Shown here piece after piece: positions 60,141 through 64,000 of a stretch of 64,000 nt of DNA. The notes beneath the pieces are model-generated. The model was not told the DNA's origin. It did not search any database and was given only the letters and a program-made list of their open reading frames with translations. The stretch's first letter is position 1, and each line of letters begins with the position of its first letter. Both the position numbers and the translations under genes were made by a program. This DNA is from an uncultured virus (IMG/VR IMGVR_UViG_3300042569_002050) (taxonomy: Duplodnaviria; Heunggongvirae; Uroviricota; Caudoviricetes). The stretch is from the IMG/VR virus record IMGVR_UViG_3300042569_002050, positions 62,001 to 126,000 of that record. One strand, given 5' to 3'.

Positions 60141-61969
60141 TGTCTGAAACAAAAAACATATCGTATTTAAACAAAAGTTTTAGTGATTTTAAATCAACTT
60201 TGATTAATCATGCTAAGACTTATTTCCCTACAGTACATAATGATTTTTCAGATGCATCACCAGGAATGATGTTTATTGAAATGGCTTCTTATGTAGGAGA
60301 CGTTTTATCTTTTTATCTAGACACTCAATTCCAAGAAAATTTACTCTTATACACAAAAGAAAAAAGCAATGCTTTATCTTTAGCTTATGCTTTGGGGTAT
60401 AGACCTAAAATGTCATATGCTTCATATGTTGATTTACAAATGTCTCAAAGAGTACCTTTGATTACAAATTTATTAAACAATACACAAATTCCAGATAGTA
60501 ATTATTATATGATAATTCCTGAGAATAGTGTTGTTGAAAGTATAAATGGTGTAAAATTTTTAACTACTGAATTGGTTGATTTTTCTAAAGAAGAAAATAG
60601 AACTATATTCTTTGAAAACACAGGATTTGCTAGAGTTACAAAAACCGTAAAAGCAATCTCAGCAGAAATTAAAACAACTACTGTTGATTTTGGACAAACC
60701 CCACAAAAATTCACAAGTACTACTATATCTGATAATCGAATATTAAATATATTACAAGTAACCGATAGTACAAATGGAATTTGGTATGAAGTACCATATT
60801 TAGCGCAACAAGGTATCCCACAAAGAGCAACAAACCCAACTTATAATACAGATTCTATTCCGTATTTATTAAGTTATATAGAATCACCTAAAAGATTTGT
60901 TACTAGATTTAAAGAAAATGGCGATTTAGAATTACAATTTGGAGCAGGTATTAATTCATCTTCAGATTCTTCTATATTACCTAATCCAAATAATTTAAGT
61001 ATTGGTATAGATGCTAACGTATATGACCCAGCTAATTCATTTAATAAAGCAACCGTAGTAACTACTAGAGAATATGGATTAGCACCAACAGGTGTTTTAA
61101 CTATAAAATATCTTGTAGGTGGTGGTGTTGCTTCTAATATTTCATCTAATGAAATCGTAAATAGAAAGTTTAATTTAGCTGATATTACTTTTAATGGTAA
61201 TGTAACATCTCCACAAAACACTGATATTTTTAATAGTATGATTATAACTAATCCTGAACCTGCGGTTGGGGGTAGAGATGAAGATACTGTTGAAGAAATT
61301 AGACAAAATACCCTTTATTCATTCTCTTCTCAAAATAGAGTAGTAACTAAAGAAGATTACATTAATAGAGTACTTAGCATGCCTAGTCATTTTGGTTCTG
61401 TAGCTAAAGTATATGCAATTAATGATTTTGCTCTATCTCAAAATTCAGGAAATGATCGTTTATTAGATAATAACCCACTATCTATTAGTTTATATACTTT
61501 AGGATATAACGCTAATAAACAATTAATCATGCCATCTTCTGTATTAAAAAATAACATTAAAAATTATTTATCACAGTATAGAATGGCCACTGATGCTATT
61601 AATATTAAAAATGCTTATTATCTTAATATAGGTATTAATTTTGATATTTCTGTTTTACCAACGTTTAATAATAAAGAAGTATTAAGTAATTGTATAAAAG
61701 CATTAAAAGATAAATTTAGCATTGAAAATATGCAAATAAATAAACCATTAGTTATATCTGATGTAAATTCAACTTTATTACAAGTTAGAGGAGTTCAATC
61801 AATATCTAAGGTTGAAATTGTAAATAAATCTGGAGGTAATTATTCTCCATATAGCTATGATATTAATGGTGCTATTAGAAATAATATATTGTATCCTTCA
61901 TTAGACCCATCTATATTTGAAATCAGATTCCCAGATATAGATATACAAGGAAGAATTGTAACTTTATAA
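60140..61969 (+). CDS. baseplate wedge protein, gp6/baseplate-J-like
   Basis: YFPT..NDFS, YVGDVLSFY, QFGAG, GGRDEDTVEEIR, QNRVVTKEDY. Confidence 0.85.
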   Translation: MSETKNISYLNKSFSDFKSTLINHAKTYFPTVHNDFSDASPGMMFIEMASYVGDVLSFYLDTQFQENLLLYTKEKSNALSLAYALGYRPKMSYASYVDLQMSQRVPLITNLLNNTQIPDSNYYMIIPENSVVESINGVKFLTTELVDFSKEENRTIFFENTGFARVTKTVKAISAEIKTTTVDFGQTPQKFTSTTISDNRILNILQVTDSTNGIWYEVPYLAQQGIPQRATNPTYNTDSIPYLLSYIESPKRFVTRFKENGDLELQFGAGINSSSDSSILPNPNNLSIGIDANVYDPANSFNKATVVTTREYGLAPTGVLTIKYLVGGGVASNISSNEIVNRKFNLADITFNGNVTSPQNTDIFNSMIITNPEPAVGGRDEDTVEEIRQNTLYSFSSQNRVVTKEDYINRVLSMPSHFGSVAKVYAINDFALSQNSGNDRLLDNNPLSISLYTLGYNANKQLIMPSSVLKNNIKNYLSQYRMATDAINIKNAYYLNIGINFDISVLPTFNNKEVLSNCIKALKDKFSIENMQINKPLVISDVNSTLLQVRGVQSISKVEIVNKSGGNYSPYSYDINGAIRNNILYPSLDPSIFEIRFPDIDIQGRIVTL

Positions 61970-61981
61970 ATTAAATAAAAT

Positions 61982-62581
61982 ATGAACCTAGAAAAATTAA
62001 AAGGACACATTCCCGAGGCGGTCATAGCCCAAATTCCAGGAGTTATGGAAAAATTCCAAATAAATACTCCATTAAGATTAGCTCATTTCTTAGCACAATG
62101 TGGTCATGAATCAGGTGGATTTAGACTAACAAAAGAAAATTTGAATTACAGTGCTAAAGGATTAACAAACACATTTAGAAAATATTTTCCAACAGAAGCA
62201 TCAGCTGCGGCATATGCTAGAAAACCTGAAAAAATTGCTAACAAGGTTTACGGTAATAGAATGGGTAATGGACCTGAATCTTCTGGTGATGGTGCTAAAT
62301 TCTGTGGCCGTGGTTATATTCAATTAACAGGAAAAGACAATTATACTGCATTTGGTAAATCTATTAATGAAGACTTAATATCAGACCCAACAGTAGTAGC
62401 AGGAAAATATGCTTTACTATCAGCTGCATGGTTCTTCAGTAAAAATGGTTTACATAAATTAGCAGATGGTGGTGCAACTGATGCAGTTGTTACACAAATC
62501 ACTAAGCGTGTTAACGGTGGAACTATTGGATTAGCAGATAGAATTAAACACTTTAAAGAATATCATGCATTATTAGCATAA
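61982..62581 (+). CDS. GH19 endolysin
   Basis: AHFLAQCGHES, ENLNYS, GRGYIQLTGKDNY, SAAWF, VNGG..GLADR. Confidence 0.9.
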   Translation: MNLEKLKGHIPEAVIAQIPGVMEKFQINTPLRLAHFLAQCGHESGGFRLTKENLNYSAKGLTNTFRKYFPTEASAAAYARKPEKIANKVYGNRMGNGPESSGDGAKFCGRGYIQLTGKDNYTAFGKSINEDLISDPTVVAGKYALLSAAWFFSKNGLHKLADGGATDAVVTQITKRVNGGTIGLADRIKHFKEYHALLA

Positions 62582-62608
62582 TATTTTAAATAACACATAA
62601 TTAAATAG

Positions 62609-62652
62609 GAGTTTCCGGTTGCTATATTTATATGTAGCATAACCGGAAACTC
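62609..62652. promoter_or_regulatory. inverted repeat with late-promoter motif in its loop
   Basis: GAGTTTCCGGTT/AACCGGAAACTC outer stem, GCTA/TAGC inner stem, ATATTTAT at 62624-62631. Confidence 0.65.
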
Positions 62653-62658
62653 TTTTAC

Positions 62659-63726
62659 ATGGCCGTATATAAATTATTCCCTGAAAAGGACGCAACAATT
62701 TTCTCATATTACCCTGCAGTTAATACAGGGATAGACGAGATTCTAGAAATTAGCACATTTGAAAGTGCATTCACAAATACAAGAGAATCTTCTAGAGCTC
62801 TTATTAAATTTTCAACAAGTGAAATAAGTGATATTATTTCAAATAAAGTGTCTGGAAGTAATTACAAAGCATATCTAAAACTATATTTAGCAAATGCTTC
62901 TGAAATCCCAGCAGATTATAGAATAATGTGTCACCCTATTTCAGGATCTTGGGATGTTGGTACAGGTCGTTTAGCAAATTCTCCATCTACAACAGATGGT
63001 GTAAGTTGGAGTAATAAAACTGTAGTAAACACTTGGATAAGTGGAGGTGGTGATTGGCATACAACCCCAACATCTTCTCAATCATTTACTAATAGTGATG
63101 AAAAAGACATTGAAATAGATGTTACATCAACTGTAGCTGCGTTTTATGCTTATGAAACAAATCCATTTGCTTCTGTAAAAATACAAAATGAGGGTTTTAT
63201 ATTAAAACATTCAAGTAGTATAGAATTTTCAACAGGAAGTTCACCATTCGAGTTAAAATATTTTTCATCAGATACTCATACTATTTATCCTCCTTGTTTG
63301 GAAATTAGATGGAATGATAGTACATTCGTTACTGGTAGTTTAACTGTAACTAATAATCATAAAGCTGTTGTTTCTTTAAAGAATAACAAATCTGAATTTC
63401 AACAAGATTCGGTTAATAAATTTAGATTAGGAGTTAGAGATCAATATCCACCAAGAACATTTAATACTAACCAATTGTATATAACTGGGTCTAAGTTATT
63501 ACCTAGTTCATCATATTGGGCTATTAAAGATTTAGATACAGATGAATGGGTAGTTGATTTTGATACTAATTATACTAAAATAAGTGCTGATCCTACTTCA
63601 AGTTTCTTTACAGTTCATATGAATGGATTACAACCTGAAAGGTTCTACAAGATTTTGATTAAATCAGTAATTGATGGTTCAACTATTGTATTTGATGAAG
63701 ATTATATTTTTAAAGTAATTAGATAA
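62659..63726 (+). CDS. virion structural protein, DNRLRE-like domain
   Basis: EKDATI, NTGIDEILEI, SRALIKF, SWDVGTG, GGDW, IYPPCLEIRWND. Confidence 0.6.
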   Translation: MAVYKLFPEKDATIFSYYPAVNTGIDEILEISTFESAFTNTRESSRALIKFSTSEISDIISNKVSGSNYKAYLKLYLANASEIPADYRIMCHPISGSWDVGTGRLANSPSTTDGVSWSNKTVVNTWISGGGDWHTTPTSSQSFTNSDEKDIEIDVTSTVAAFYAYETNPFASVKIQNEGFILKHSSSIEFSTGSSPFELKYFSSDTHTIYPPCLEIRWNDSTFVTGSLTVTNNHKAVVSLKNNKSEFQQDSVNKFRLGVRDQYPPRTFNTNQLYITGSKLLPSSSYWAIKDLDTDEWVVDFDTNYTKISADPTSSFFTVHMNGLQPERFYKILIKSVIDGSTIVFDEDYIFKVIR

Positions 63727-64000
63727 TGGCTAATATAAAAGTTGATAAAACTATTTTAGGAAGGAATGAAAGTGTATTAGACACAAATTTTAGTTTTTTT
63801 TCTAGAATTAATGCGACTCCTGATTTTAATATTGAAGATTTTTTTCAATTGTATGAGGAGTTATTTTATCAAATTCCTAAAGAAGATGAAGTTGAATCTC
63901 ATAGATATATTTTAAATAAAGAAGCCGAATATTTGGGAGTTAAATTAGCTGATGATTTAGATATTCAAGCATTGCTTGATGAAATTACTTCTTTAAGACA
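63726..64000 (+). CDS. hypothetical structural-block protein (3'-truncated)
   Basis: ATG overlaps the previous stop; open to the window end. Confidence 0.55.
   Translation, partial: MANIKVDKTILGRNESVLDTNFSFFSRINATPDFNIEDFFQLYEELFYQIPKEDEVESHRYILNKEAEYLGVKLADDLDIQALLDEITSLR

Noticed and set aside
203..61221. Minus-strand ORFs in the track
   Set aside because: Nearly all are antisense shadows of convincing + strand genes, tRNAs or low-complexity repeats; none shows a recognisable motif.
1..64000. Stop-codon recoding
   Set aside because: Long genes are intact in the standard code, TAG ends genes at sensible places, and no suppressor tRNA is seen.

Overview
An AT-rich 64-kb segment of a large T4-like (myovirus-type) phage genome, read almost entirely on the + strand. 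The host is most likely a member of Bacteroidota: promoters have a TnTG/TAnnTTT-like architecture, Shine-Dalgarno sites are absent, signal peptides end at Gln, and a DUF4494-like gene is present. In order: (1) 7-deazaguanine/nucleotide genes (QueE, FolE, PRTase, dUTPase/dCTP deaminase); (2) replication and proteostasis genes (PolB, clamp, clamp loader, Hsp20, GroES/GroEL); (3) a glycosyl-/methyltransferase cluster and ClpP; (4) an RNA cluster with 5 ordinary tRNAs, a 159-nt tRNA-Asp-like RNA with an 80-nt variable arm, a tRNA-minihelix-like element, an unassigned four-hairpin RNA and a tmRNA with a 24-aa tag; (5) an 8.7-kb cluster of exported proteins; (6) a long early/host-takeover region of small ORFs, many with their own conserved bipartite promoter, whose densest part (47-53.5 kb) is bracketed by two non-coding repeat regions and encodes AT-hook proteins; (7) a gp55-like sigma factor, baseplate genes, a GH19 endolysin and a virion protein. 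Block 5 is the best candidate for an undescribed system: two CsgG-fold proteins, two dockerin+cohesin adhesin-like proteins (one with a C-type lectin), two stand-alone T9SS-CTD-like lipoproteins, small membrane proteins and an outer-membrane barrel. All family assignments come from motif recognition by eye, not from database searches.
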